Source: Candidatus Dormiibacterota bacterium (GTDB lineage Bacteria; Patescibacteriota; Saccharimonadia; UBA4664; DATLOE01). From it: 64,000 nucleotides of DNA. Location of the stretch: the NCBI GenBank assembly GCA_035536395.1, contig DATLOE010000018.1:16193-80192 (forward strand), given 5' to 3'. The position numbers and the translations under genes were made by a program. Positions 28,385 through 37,629 of the stretch are shown here, one piece after another. Numbering within the stretch: the stretch's first letter is position 1; the number at the start of each line of letters is the position of its first letter. The notes beneath the pieces were generated by a model. It saw only the letters and a program-made list of their open reading frames with translations. It did not search any database and was not told the origin of the DNA.

Positions 28385-29431
28385 ATGAGCGTGTACGTGG
28401 ATGGAATAAGCCGCCGTGGGAATGTATTGGATCTGTCGGTCTACCGGCCGCCTGCCAGGCCGGTAGAGGCTATGTCACCTGCGGCGCCGCAAGGGGCGAT
28501 GGACGGAGTTCATAGAAAGGTGTTCCAGCCAGAAACTGCGACCAGTGCCGCTGCTGCAGTAAAGCCGCCCAGGGATTGGGCCAGAACGGCCGTTGATGTT
28601 CTGCCGCTAGCACTGCTGGCTGCCACAGCCGCTATTACGCCCCTGGTTTACCCAAAGATAATATTGCGGGAAGCACCGCCAGTCTTAACCGCCCAGCCTG
28701 CTCCGGTTCAGCCGACCCAACACGCGGTTGCTCCGCTGACAGACATTCAGAACGCACTGAATGAGTATTCTGCCGGCAGCGCCGTACCAATTAGCGCAAT
28801 GATGATAGATCTGAAAACCGGCGCCCAAGCCGGCACCGGGGCCGAAAAAGTGTTTACCAGCGCCAGCCTGTACAAACTTTTTGTGGCCCAAGCCGTTTAC
28901 AAAATGGTAGATTCCGGTAGCCTCACGTTGAGTTCAGCCGTTAAGGGTACAGGGCTGAGTGTGGAACAATGCCTAAACCGTATGATAACCGTATCTGACA
29001 ACCCCTGTGCTATGGCTCTGGGCTCAGTAATCGGCTGGGAAAAGCAAAATACTACTCTGGCTGCGGCTGGTTACACCGGTACTACCCTCCACCGCACCAA
29101 TCCGCTTAAAACCACCGCCGGCGATACCGCCCTTTTGCTAAAGCGGCTCTACGATGGCACGCTGCTTAGCCCCAATAGCACCCAGCACTTTTTGGATTTG
29201 CTGAAAGCCCAGAAGATTAACAACCGCCTGCCTGCCAGTTTGCCTGCCGGCACGGTAGTGGCTCACAAAACCGGCGATCTAGATGGCCTCAGCCACGATG
29301 CCGGTATAGTTTACGGACCCAAAGGCGATTACGTGATTGCCGTTATGAGCGGCCCTTGGTCGAATATGGGCCAAGCCGCCACAAGCATTGCCCAGCTCTC
29401 AGTCACTGTTTACGGTTTGGCTAACAGATAG
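28385..29431 (+). CDS. Class A beta-lactamase-fold serine hydrolase (beta-lactamase/PBP-like), secreted
   Basis: SxxK (FTSASLYK), SDN (VSDNPCA) and KTG (HKTGDLDG) triad in the correct order and spacing. The Ala/Pro-rich N-terminal approximately 100 aa is unusual, and the real start may be internal (MSPAAPQG or MDGVHRK). Confidence 0.75.
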   Translation: MSVYVDGISRRGNVLDLSVYRPPARPVEAMSPAAPQGAMDGVHRKVFQPETATSAAAAVKPPRDWARTAVDVLPLALLAATAAITPLVYPKIILREAPPVLTAQPAPVQPTQHAVAPLTDIQNALNEYSAGSAVPISAMMIDLKTGAQAGTGAEKVFTSASLYKLFVAQAVYKMVDSGSLTLSSAVKGTGLSVEQCLNRMITVSDNPCAMALGSVIGWEKQNTTLAAAGYTGTTLHRTNPLKTTAGDTALLLKRLYDGTLLSPNSTQHFLDLLKAQKINNRLPASLPAGTVVAHKTGDLDGLSHDAGIVYGPKGDYVIAVMSGPWSNMGQAATSIAQLSVTVYGLANR

Positions 29432-29452
29432 CTTCCCTGTAAACTATATTTC

Positions 29453-30124
29453 ATGAAAATCGATATTATTACTTTATTCCCAGAGATGTTCAAAGGGCCG
29501 TTTGACACCAGTATGCTCTGGAAAGCTCAAAAAGACGGCTTAGCCGAAATTAAAATCCACAATCTGCGCGAGTACGGAATCGGTGAACGCAGAACAGTGG
29601 ACGATACGCCCTATGGCGGTGGAGACGGTATGCTGCTTAAACCGGAGCCGGTAGTAAATGCGATTGAGGCTGCCAAAAAAGATAATCCTAAGGCCAAAGT
29701 AATCATTCTCTCCCCGCAAGGCAAGAGGTTTGATCAGGCAGAAGCCCAAAAACTATCAATTGAAACAGGCTTAATTTTAGTAGCCGGCCGGTACGAAGGC
29801 TTTGATGAGCGCATTATGGAGTTTGCTGATGCAGAGCTTTCTGTAGGCGATTACGTTCTAACCGGCGGCGAGTTGCCAGCCATGGTAGTAACCGATGCGG
29901 TTGTAAGACTACTGCCCGGGGTGCTTGGCGGAGAGTACAGCTTGGCCGATGAGACCTTTAATGAGGGTTTGCTTGAGTATCCGCAGTACACGCGGCCGGT
30001 TGAGTTCCGCGGACATAAGGTGCCAGACATTTTGCAGGCCGGTAATCATGGTGAAATTAAAAAATGGCGCAAAGAGAAATCAGTAGAAAAAACCAAGCGT
30101 AACCGCCCGGATTTGCTTAATTAG
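29453..30124 (+). CDS. trmD: tRNA (guanine37-N1)-methyltransferase
   Basis: MKIDIITLFPEMF...YGGGDGMLLKPEP...VAGRYEGFDERI...LTGGELPAMVV canonical TrmD. Confidence 0.9.
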   Translation: MKIDIITLFPEMFKGPFDTSMLWKAQKDGLAEIKIHNLREYGIGERRTVDDTPYGGGDGMLLKPEPVVNAIEAAKKDNPKAKVIILSPQGKRFDQAEAQKLSIETGLILVAGRYEGFDERIMEFADAELSVGDYVLTGGELPAMVVTDAVVRLLPGVLGGEYSLADETFNEGLLEYPQYTRPVEFRGHKVPDILQAGNHGEIKKWRKEKSVEKTKRNRPDLLN

Positions 30125-30233
30125 AACTAGTAAATTTTAGTGCAGTGCGCGAAAAAACCGAAGCCCGCAAACGAGGCGTAGTTGGCCTACGCCGAATGCG
30201 TACTGCAGGTTTTGACAAAGCAATGTGCAAAAT

Positions 30234-30623
30234 TTACAGTTCTAAGTCGGCTAGTTCTTGGGCTTCCCTCTTAGTCTGCTCATGCAAATCCCTGTGGTCG
30301 TCCTCTAGCTTTGGTTCTGCAATCTCTTGAACCTCTTCTGCCTCGTCGGCCGGTACTACAGCATCGGTTGTACCATCTGGCTCCACGATCTTAAGCGGCA
30401 GAGGCGGCAGGTCGTCTTTGGCACCCACTACTCTGAGTAACGTGCGAATACTTTTGGCGGTAGCACCGGCCTTACCGATGACCTTACCCATATCGGCCGC
30501 GTCCACGGTTAGTTCTATAAACTCCCCTTTGTCGTCTTGCTTTCTTTCAATTCTCACCGCCTCTGGAGTAGCTACCAGAGATTTAACTACGTAATCGATG
30601 AACTGTTCCCGTAAGTCTGCCAT
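30234..30623 (-). CDS. KH-domain RNA-binding protein (YlqC-like, rpsP-associated)
   Basis: GKVIGKAGATAKSIRTLL KH motif; located directly downstream of rpsP as in many bacteria; acidic C-terminal tail. Confidence 0.65.
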   Translation of the reverse strand: MADLREQFIDYVVKSLVATPEAVRIERKQDDKGEFIELTVDAADMGKVIGKAGATAKSIRTLLRVVGAKDDLPPLPLKIVEPDGTTDAVVPADEAEEVQEIAEPKLEDDHRDLHEQTKREAQELADLEL

Positions 30624-30689
30624 TTGGCCCTCTTTATGGTTTTACGCCTTTATTGTAACGCAAAACTTAAGCTAAGCACTACCTTTTTA

Positions 30690-31394
30690 CTATTTTGAAT
30701 CAGCTTCTTCGGCTGCTTCAGCCGCATTGTCGGCGGCCGTTTCTTCTGCTTTTTCGGCGTCTTCTATTACGTCTTCGGTATCTTCAGCTGTTTCGGTCTT
30801 TTCTTCCGAAGGGGCATTCTCTTCTATCTTCTGCTCGTTTTCGCTAGCTGCAACTGCTACGCGCTCGCCTTCAGCTTCTGGTTCGGCCGGCTTGGCCTCT
30901 TCCGCTACGGGCTCCTCAACGGTTTCTTCAGGAGCTGGCTCAGATTCAGCATCTTGAGTCTCTTCGGCTTTTGGCTCTTCGGCCGGAGCTTCTAGCTGAG
31001 CTTCGGTTGGTGCCTCTTGTTGAGCGTCCTTAGTTTCGTCTGCTTCCGCGGCTGGAGCCTCTTCTGGTGCAGCCTCCGCCTTAGCCTCTGATGCAGGCTC
31101 CTTTACAACCGGTTCCTTTTTTGGCTTACGATTCTTGGTTTTAAGCTCTACCCACTCAGGCAGTTCAAACTTTTCTTTCTGCAGCAGTCTAACTACTGAG
31201 TTTGAGGGCTGGGCGCCATTGCTGATCCGCTTTAAGGTCTCTTCCTTTTTTATTGTGAGCTCCTTGGTGTGTGGGTTGTAGTTGCCCAAAATCTCCACAA
31301 ACTTACCAGTCGCAGCCCGGGATGATTCGGCTGCAACTATACGGTAGGTAGCATAATTTTTACGGCCCGTTCGGGCCAAGCGGATAACTAGCAT
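30690..31394 (-). CDS. rpsP: 30S ribosomal protein S16 with a long acidic Ala/Glu-rich C-terminal extension
   Basis: MLVIRLARTGRKNYATYRIVAAESSRAATGKFVEILGNYNP is the canonical S16 N-terminus; about 150 aa of low-complexity extension follows (EAPAAEADETKDAQQEAPTEAQ...). Confidence 0.85.
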   Translation of the reverse strand: MLVIRLARTGRKNYATYRIVAAESSRAATGKFVEILGNYNPHTKELTIKKEETLKRISNGAQPSNSVVRLLQKEKFELPEWVELKTKNRKPKKEPVVKEPASEAKAEAAPEEAPAAEADETKDAQQEAPTEAQLEAPAEEPKAEETQDAESEPAPEETVEEPVAEEAKPAEPEAEGERVAVAASENEQKIEENAPSEEKTETAEDTEDVIEDAEKAEETAADNAAEAAEEADSK

Positions 31395-31501
31395 ATTTCC
31401 TTAAAAATAACGGATTAATGTTATCTGTTTTAACCTGAAAAGTCAATTCTCTGTTAGTAATAAAAGCTTTCCCCCGCCCCTTTTAAAGGGCGGGGGCTAT
31501 A

Positions 31502-32227
31502 TTAAGCCGCTTGGAGAGCCAGATCTTGGTCGGTCTCCAATTGACGCGGGTATGGACCCTCGAGCAGTTGGGACATAATGCCCAATGCCTCGGAATCACG
31601 GATGATGCTGAAGTGATTCAGCTCGTGCCGGGTTGGGATCCAAACCGCATCATGCGGCAGCTTGTCGGGTTGCTGGCGGGCTAAAACGTAGTTCTCGGCC
31701 CCCGGTATAAGGCCCGAATGCCATGGCAGTACTATGCCGTCGCGGTAAGCCACAATGCATACGACCCTGGGCTGATCTTGCTGCGGCAGACTGGCCCGCA
31801 TCTCTGCAAACTCGGCCTGTACCTCCAGCAAGTAAGCGCTATTTGGAGCCAGATCATGTGAGCATGGAAACTGGCTCAGAATACGCCTGGTTGCAAGCTG
31901 TGAACCAAAATGAGCTCCTGCTACCGAAAACACTACCGGGAACTTTTCTGGGTTATTGCATGCCAGCCTCAAGAAATGGCTGGGGGGCTGAGAATGGCCC
32001 ACGAAACCAATAGGCCCCTTGAGCTTCTCTGTCTCCCTCTTAAACCACTGGTAGGTGTGCTCCATTCGGAGAATGCCGGCCATTTGCATGCATTGCATCG
32101 GAGCCTCACCAAATATGCCCTGAAGCTGACGATATGCACGGCCTAGACCAAATCGTTCAAAATGAAGCGGTCCAAAATGCCCCAGTACCCCCGTACCGGA
32201 GCTGACTTTCCATGTCAGACCGGTCAC
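31502..32227 (-). CDS. Putative alpha/beta-hydrolase-like protein (lipase/esterase-type GHSQ nucleophile elbow)
   Basis: 241 aa; IGFVGHSQPP resembles a GxSxG nucleophile elbow; GC-rich. Assignment is weak. Confidence 0.4.
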   Translation of the reverse strand: MTGLTWKVSSGTGVLGHFGPLHFERFGLGRAYRQLQGIFGEAPMQCMQMAGILRMEHTYQWFKRETEKLKGPIGFVGHSQPPSHFLRLACNNPEKFPVVFSVAGAHFGSQLATRRILSQFPCSHDLAPNSAYLLEVQAEFAEMRASLPQQDQPRVVCIVAYRDGIVLPWHSGLIPGAENYVLARQQPDKLPHDAVWIPTRHELNHFSIIRDSEALGIMSQLLEGPYPRQLETDQDLALQAA

Positions 32228-32306
32228 GTTCCACCCCGCTATGTCGAAGGACTAAACTATATCTGTAATAGCATAAGCGTAATGAAAATACAAGGATAAA
32301 GTGTTA

Positions 32307-32999
32307 TTAATACTTTTTGAGAGCGGCAGCGGCGGCTTGCTGTTGCGCAGCCTGCTTGCTCGAACCTTGGCCTTTGCCCAGCAGGCGTTTACCGACATAG
32401 ACGCCAACCGTAAATGTCTTATCGTGGTCCGGTCCCGATTCATCTAGCACCTTATAGCGCGGAGTGTGACCTTCTTTGTCTTGGGCCATTTCCTGAAACT
32501 TGCTTTTTGGGTCCACCCAACTGCCTTCCGCAAGAATACTAGGCAGAGTACTAATAATGCACTCATCTATAAACTTCCCGGCGGCGGCATATCCTTGATC
32601 TATGTAAATCGCTCCAATAACGGCCTCTACGCAGTTAGCAAGTATAAGGGCTCGGCTGCGGGCATTACCCTTGGATTCACCCCGGCTGAGCTTAAGGTAC
32701 TGGTCTAGTTCTAGTTTGTCGGCTACCGCGCTTAGTGATTCGGTCTTAACCAAAGCACTACGCCAGTTAGTCAGATCTCCTTCTGGATTGGGGTAGTTAC
32801 GGTACAGATAATCGGTAACCACCAGCTCTAGTACCGCGTCGCCCAGAAACTCTAGCCTTTCATTATGCTCCAGGCCGGCCTTAGGGTGCTCATTTAAATA
32901 CGAGCGATGTATAAAAGCGCGCTCTAGCAAGCTTTGATCCTTAAAATGGGTGTTTAAATCTTGCTGCAGTTCACTTAATGATTTTTTGGTTTTTTCCAT
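32307..32999 (-). CDS. rnc: Ribonuclease III
   Basis: RNase III signature ERLEFLGDAVL plus a C-terminal dsRBD (GKGQGSSKQAAQQQAAAAAL). Confidence 0.9.
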   Translation of the reverse strand: MEKTKKSLSELQQDLNTHFKDQSLLERAFIHRSYLNEHPKAGLEHNERLEFLGDAVLELVVTDYLYRNYPNPEGDLTNWRSALVKTESLSAVADKLELDQYLKLSRGESKGNARSRALILANCVEAVIGAIYIDQGYAAAGKFIDECIISTLPSILAEGSWVDPKSKFQEMAQDKEGHTPRYKVLDESGPDHDKTFTVGVYVGKRLLGKGQGSSKQAAQQQAAAAALKKY

Positions 33000-33008
33000 G
33001 TGTCTATA

Positions 33009-33506
33009 TTATACCTTTTGCAGCTTAGCCAGGCCCAGCCTGAAAAGATGTTCTGTGTCTTTATATTCAATCAGTTCCAGCGCCTTCTCGCGCGAGAACC
33101 ACTTAACATCTACGATCCCCTCGCTGTTCTCTAAAACCAGAGCATTGGTATCACCTAAGGCTTCTATTAGGAACACATGGGTAGTCATAAAAATCAACCG
33201 CCCTTCGCGCCGGTAAAAAAAGTGGATTTTATCGAGCTTATCGCGAATCGCCAGCTCTTTTAGGCCGGTCTCCTCAGAAACCTCCCGCAAAGCCGTCTGT
33301 TGCAGGTTCTCCCCTGCTTCCACATGACCCTTTGGGATCGTCCAGCGGCCCAGGCGGTCTTGGATCATCAGAATATCGATGTCCTTACCCGACTGGCTAT
33401 GGCGAAACACCATTCCTCCGGCCGTGTATTCACGGACAGCCCTAGTCCTGGGTTTGGACTGGGGCTTGTTACTCTTTCGCTTTTTCTTCTTCTGGTTCGT
33501 ATACAT
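33009..33506 (-). CDS. NUDIX hydrolase
   Basis: Nudix box GHVEAGENLQQTALREVSEETGL. The start is ambiguous: MYTNQ at 33506 overlaps nusB, while MVFRH at 33413 does not; a poly-Lys N-terminal tract lies between them. Confidence 0.7.
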   Translation of the reverse strand: MYTNQKKKKRKSNKPQSKPRTRAVREYTAGGMVFRHSQSGKDIDILMIQDRLGRWTIPKGHVEAGENLQQTALREVSEETGLKELAIRDKLDKIHFFYRREGRLIFMTTHVFLIEALGDTNALVLENSEGIVDVKWFSREKALELIEYKDTEHLFRLGLAKLQKV

Positions 33507-33924
33507 CACTTTCACGATAAATTGTACCCAGCACACCGTTCACAAATTTGCTGGAGTTTTCGCCGCCAAAGGCCTTGGCCAGTTCTACGGCTTCGTTAAT
33601 TACGACTTTGGGTGGAACTTCGCGCTTTATTAGTAGCTCGTAAACACCCATCCTAAGAATTACCTTATCTATTTTTGCAATCTGCTCCACTGGCCACTCC
33701 GGGGCGGCCGGACCTATGATGCCGTCTATCTTTTCGTAATTTTCCTGAACGCCTTGGATCAAATCGCGCACAAACTCTTTATCTTCAATCGCGTTTGAGA
33801 ACTCGCCCAGATTGCGGGCCATAATCGTTTTTTTGTCGGTATCAATGCCAGCGCCTTCACGAAAATCATATTCGTAAAGAGTCTGCATTGCGACTATTCG
33901 GCCAAGATGTCGGTTTGATGCCAT
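33469..33924 (-). CDS. nusB: Transcription antitermination factor NusB
   Basis: RHLGRIVAMQTLYEYDF...ILRMGVYELL... is the canonical NusB. Confidence 0.85.
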   Translation of the reverse strand: MASNRHLGRIVAMQTLYEYDFREGAGIDTDKKTIMARNLGEFSNAIEDKEFVRDLIQGVQENYEKIDGIIGPAAPEWPVEQIAKIDKVILRMGVYELLIKREVPPKVVINEAVELAKAFGGENSSKFVNGVLGTIYRESDVYEPEEEKAKE

Positions 33925-34089
33925 TTAGGTCCGCTTAATCTTTACCAGTCCCAGCTTAATCGCCTTATGCAGGCGGCGGGCTACATTCCTGCCATCTGAG
34001 GCCGGCTGCAACTGCGGCGCTGCCAGCGCGTGATGGCTGCGGCGGTTACGGATGCGAGATTTTGATGTGCGTTTCTTGGGTACTGCCAC
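33925..34089 (-). CDS. rpmF: 50S ribosomal protein L32 (GTG start; below the ORF-track size cutoff)
   Basis: Minus strand GTG GCA GTA CCC AAG AAA CGC ACA TCA AAA TCT CGC... translates to VAVPKKRTSKSRIRNRRSHHALAAPQLQPASDGRNVARRLHKAIKLGLVKIKRT*, the L32 signature AVPKKRTSKSR. An AGGAG Shine-Dalgarno sits 6 nt upstream; the stop abuts the nusB start. Confidence 0.8.
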   Translation of the reverse strand: MAVPKKRTSKSRIRNRRSHHALAAPQLQPASDGRNVARRLHKAIKLGLVKIKRT

Positions 34090-34101
34090 TAGGTGCTCCT
34101 T

Positions 34102-34554
34102 TTAACTTTCACTTTTTTTCATTTTTATTCCGGCACAATCAGCCGCGCAGAGTTGCTTCGGCGGCAAGTGTACCACTATTTCCTGCCGGGCCGCTTCATC
34201 TAGATCCACCCTACCGGAAGAGGTAATGGGAAACTGATCGTCGGCCGGCTCTAAACTGAATTCCGCCGTAAAGGGGAAGTCTAGCTCGTGGACAAAAGAA
34301 CGCAAACAGCGATGACATTCCAGCTCTACACTAGTTTGCAACCTGCCAGCCAGCTCCAATCCAGTTTTGGTTCGGGCAAATTTAAGCTGGCCGTTAACCG
34401 GCGAAGCAAGAGTGACATCTTCAAGCTCAGGCTGTTCGCCTGCAATATTAAATTCGGCGGTTGTGCCTTCGTCTGAAGCTAAAATGTCACTTACATCTAC
34501 GTGCATATGCGCGCTCTTGAGGGAAATTATAACAGCTTTTGCCCCTTCAGGCAA
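34102..34554 (-). CDS. yceD: YceD/DUF177-family protein (large-subunit rRNA accumulation protein)
   Basis: 150 aa, acidic, with CHRCLRS...CAADC Cys pairs; sits directly upstream of rpmF as in the conserved yceD-rpmF pair. Confidence 0.7.
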   Translation of the reverse strand: MPEGAKAVIISLKSAHMHVDVSDILASDEGTTAEFNIAGEQPELEDVTLASPVNGQLKFARTKTGLELAGRLQTSVELECHRCLRSFVHELDFPFTAEFSLEPADDQFPITSSGRVDLDEAARQEIVVHLPPKQLCAADCAGIKMKKSES

Positions 34555-34596
34555 ACATTATACAAAGTAATGCCATTGCCCCGCTGGCCCTGAATT

Positions 34597-37023
34597 TCAT
34601 TCCTTTACTACGAAGTTCACCAGCTTATCTGGTACGTAAATCTCTTTAATGATTTTCTTGTCCTCGGTGTGACGCTGCACCGCCTCATGGGCTTTGGCTA
34701 GCTCCACTATATCTGCCTGACTTGCGCCCGGAGCAGCCGAAAGCGCAGCCCGCACCTTGCCATTTATCTGTACCACCACCTCTATCAGTTCATCTTGTGT
34801 CAGCTTTTCGTCAAAAACCGGCCAGCTGGTAATGTGAATACTCTCTTTATGGCCCAACTGCTGCCACAGCTCTTCTGTAATATGCGGCGCGAACGGTGCC
34901 AGTATTTTAAGCAATATCTCTAGGCTTTCCTGCCACACATCACCTCTCAGCGGCAAATCTTTCTTGAGCTTATACATCTCGTTCACCAGCTCCATCTGGG
35001 CGGCAATGGCGGTATTAAAGCCGAATACCTGCAAATCTTCGGTTACCTTTTTGAGTGTCTTATGGGTAGCACTGGCCAGGGCTGCTTCTAGGGCTTGATC
35101 TGTGCCTTTATCTTCCAGTGTATCCTTAGAGGACAAGTACTCCTGTGTAAGCACCCAAACTCGGTTCAAAAAGCGCTTAGTGCCATCTATGCCACTGGGG
35201 TTAAACGGCCCACCCTGCTCGTATGGACCCATAAACATTAGATAAATGCGGAAGGTATCGGCGCCGTAATCGCCCACCCAATCATCGGGGTTAATCACGT
35301 TCCCGCGCGATTTGCTCATTTTCTGCCCGTCCGGCCCCAAGATTAGCCCTTGATTAAACAGGCGCTTAAAAGGCTCATTAAACTCAATCTCTTTCGCGTC
35401 GTGCAAAACCTTAGTAATGAACCGGGCGTAAAGCAGGTGCAGAATAGCATGCTCCACTCCGCCTATGTACTGATCGACCGGCAGCCAATGCTTGGTTTTT
35501 TCTTTATCAAAAGCCGCCTTATTATTATTTGGGTCAGGGTAGCGCAAAAAGTACCAGCTGGAATCAACAAACGTATCCATAGTGTCTGTTTCGCGCCGGG
35601 CAGGGCCTTTGCATTTAGGGCACTTAGCCTCGTAAAAATCGGGGCTTTCTGAAAGAGGGGATTTACCAGTCGGCTTGAACTTTACCTCCAGCGGCAGTTC
35701 CACCGGCAGCTGATCCTCTGGTACCGGCTGGGTGCCGCACGTGTCACAATAAACAATCGGGATCGGCGCACCCCAGTAGCGCTGGCGGCTTATCAGCCAG
35801 TCGCGCATTTTATAGTTCACCTTCTCACGGCCAAACTGTTTGGTCATTTTTTCACGAGCTTCAGCCGAATTCTGGCCATCAAACTCCCCCGAGTTTGTTA
35901 TTTCCCCCTCACCTGAGTAAGGCAGCTCGCCGGCCTTAATTACTTCTGTAACGGTCAAATCGAATTTTTTGGCAAACTCATAATCACGCTCATCATGAGC
36001 CGGCACCGCCATAATAGCGCCTGTACCGTAGCCAGCCAGTACGTAATCGGCCACCCATACTGGAATCTTTTCCTTTGTAGCAGGGTTAATGGCGTAAGCG
36101 CCGGTAAACACGCCGGTTTTAGCACGCTCGGTATCCATCCGTTCCACTTCAGATTTTGAAGCCGCTTGGCGGGTGTACTTTTCTACCTCATGCTGATGCT
36201 CGCTAGTCGTAACTCTACCCACCAACTCGTGCTCTGGCGCTAGCACCATATAGGTAGCACCGTAAATCGTATCGGCGCGGGTGGTAAAGACTTTAATGGC
36301 CGATTTGGAACCTTCAATCTTAAATTCCAGCTCCGCCCCCACGCTGCGGCCTATCCAGTTGCGCTGCATCTGCTTGATCTTCTCGGGCCATTCAATCTCT
36401 TCCAAGCCTTCTAATAGCCTGTCGGCGTACTCAGTAATCTTAAAAAACCACTGCTCGAGCTCTTTCTTGGTAACCGGCGTGCCGCAGCGCTCACACTCAT
36501 TATTCGGCCCTATAACCTGCTCGTTTGCTAGCACGGTCTGACAGGAGGGGCACCAGTTCTGCCAGCCCTTGGCGCGGTAAGCTAGCTTTTGCTCGTATAA
36601 TTTTAAAAACAGCCATTGGGTCCAGCGGTAGTACTCTGGCCTGGATGTATCTATGGACTTACTCCAATCGTACATAGCACCCATCGATTTCAGCTGGGCG
36701 GTCATAGTTTTAACGTTCCCGGCGGTCCATTTGGCCGGAGCTATATCGCGCTTAATGGCCGCGTTTTCGGCCGGCAGCCCGAAGGCGTCGAACCCAATCG
36801 GGTGCAGTACTTTCTTGCCCTGCATACGGTTAAAGCGGGCAAATGTATCGCTCGGGCCGAAGCAGTACCAATGACCGGAGTGCAGATCGCCCGAAGGGTA
36901 TGGGAACATTACCAGGCAGTAGAATTTATGCCTAGACTTATCGGTTTCGGTTTTGTACAAGCCGGTTTCTTCCCAAATCTTCTGCCATTTGGACTCGACC
37001 GTTTTTGGATTATAGCTGTTCAT
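34597..37023 (-). CDS. leuS: Leucine--tRNA ligase
   Basis: 808 aa; HMGH-type motif (PYPSGDLHSGH), KMSKS (QKMSKSRGN), CP1 editing and anticodon-binding regions. Confidence 0.95.
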   Translation of the reverse strand: MNSYNPKTVESKWQKIWEETGLYKTETDKSRHKFYCLVMFPYPSGDLHSGHWYCFGPSDTFARFNRMQGKKVLHPIGFDAFGLPAENAAIKRDIAPAKWTAGNVKTMTAQLKSMGAMYDWSKSIDTSRPEYYRWTQWLFLKLYEQKLAYRAKGWQNWCPSCQTVLANEQVIGPNNECERCGTPVTKKELEQWFFKITEYADRLLEGLEEIEWPEKIKQMQRNWIGRSVGAELEFKIEGSKSAIKVFTTRADTIYGATYMVLAPEHELVGRVTTSEHQHEVEKYTRQAASKSEVERMDTERAKTGVFTGAYAINPATKEKIPVWVADYVLAGYGTGAIMAVPAHDERDYEFAKKFDLTVTEVIKAGELPYSGEGEITNSGEFDGQNSAEAREKMTKQFGREKVNYKMRDWLISRQRYWGAPIPIVYCDTCGTQPVPEDQLPVELPLEVKFKPTGKSPLSESPDFYEAKCPKCKGPARRETDTMDTFVDSSWYFLRYPDPNNNKAAFDKEKTKHWLPVDQYIGGVEHAILHLLYARFITKVLHDAKEIEFNEPFKRLFNQGLILGPDGQKMSKSRGNVINPDDWVGDYGADTFRIYLMFMGPYEQGGPFNPSGIDGTKRFLNRVWVLTQEYLSSKDTLEDKGTDQALEAALASATHKTLKKVTEDLQVFGFNTAIAAQMELVNEMYKLKKDLPLRGDVWQESLEILLKILAPFAPHITEELWQQLGHKESIHITSWPVFDEKLTQDELIEVVVQINGKVRAALSAAPGASQADIVELAKAHEAVQRHTEDKKIIKEIYVPDKLVNFVVKE

Positions 37024-37063
37024 TAATGCTTATTGTAACCTGATAGCCGCCTAGTGTCATCTG

Positions 37064-37101
37064 AAAAAAGAACACCCCGGAAAACGAGGTGTTCTCCGGG
37101 G
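37064..37101 (-). terminator. Rho-independent terminator between 37105-37542 and leuS
   Basis: Minus strand: CCCCGGAGAACACC-TCGTTTTCC-GGGGTGTTC followed by TTTTTTC. Confidence 0.6.
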
Positions 37102-37104
37102 CTA

Positions 37105-37542
37105 TTAACGGTTGACCGTACGGCACTCGCTGCGAGCCTGGTGCGGCTTGCCGATGCGCTTGCCATCTTTGTCGTAGACAGCCACTGTATGCACCGCCCT
37201 TATGCGCACCTGGCTGAGCCTGGGCGCCCTGATGCGATACCAGCTTTTGTAATAGGCGTTTCTGCTTTCTCCGGCCTGAGGCAGATTACGGGTATGCGAG
37301 TAGGTCTCGCCCCGTTTTTGAAAGCCTCCATCTTTCAGGCAGCGGTAAAAGCTGATGCTTTTTTTGATGGCACCTGGCTGCTTGCCCGTGCTCTGCATCT
37401 GGTAGTAGGCCGTTACCTGCTTTTGAGCGAGCTTTACTTTGACCTGTACGGTAACATCCGTACGGCTGTCTATGTACTTCTTGATCTGCCAGCCGCCAAG
37501 CACCACGACAGCTATAACCACGAAAACTTTGAGTTTGCCCAT
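37105..37542 (-). CDS. Hypothetical secreted basic protein
   Basis: Signal-peptide-like MGKLKVFVVIAVVVLGGWQ with its own terminator downstream; preferred over the overlapping plus ORF 37054-37596. Confidence 0.45.
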   Translation of the reverse strand: MGKLKVFVVIAVVVLGGWQIKKYIDSRTDVTVQVKVKLAQKQVTAYYQMQSTGKQPGAIKKSISFYRCLKDGGFQKRGETYSHTRNLPQAGESRNAYYKSWYRIRAPRLSQVRIRAVHTVAVYDKDGKRIGKPHQARSECRTVNR

Positions 37543-37629
37543 ACTCTCTCCTCAGATCGAGCTGTAAAGAACAATAGCCACTTTATGCGGCTGTAATTGC
37601 GGTAACTTTAGTATCTTTTTGCTAGTATG

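Noticed and set aside
37054-37596. Plus-strand ORF (180 aa) overlapping the minus-strand secreted-protein ORF 37105-37542
   Set aside because: The minus-strand ORF has a signal peptide and is followed by a minus-oriented intrinsic terminator at 37064-37101; the plus ORF has neither support.
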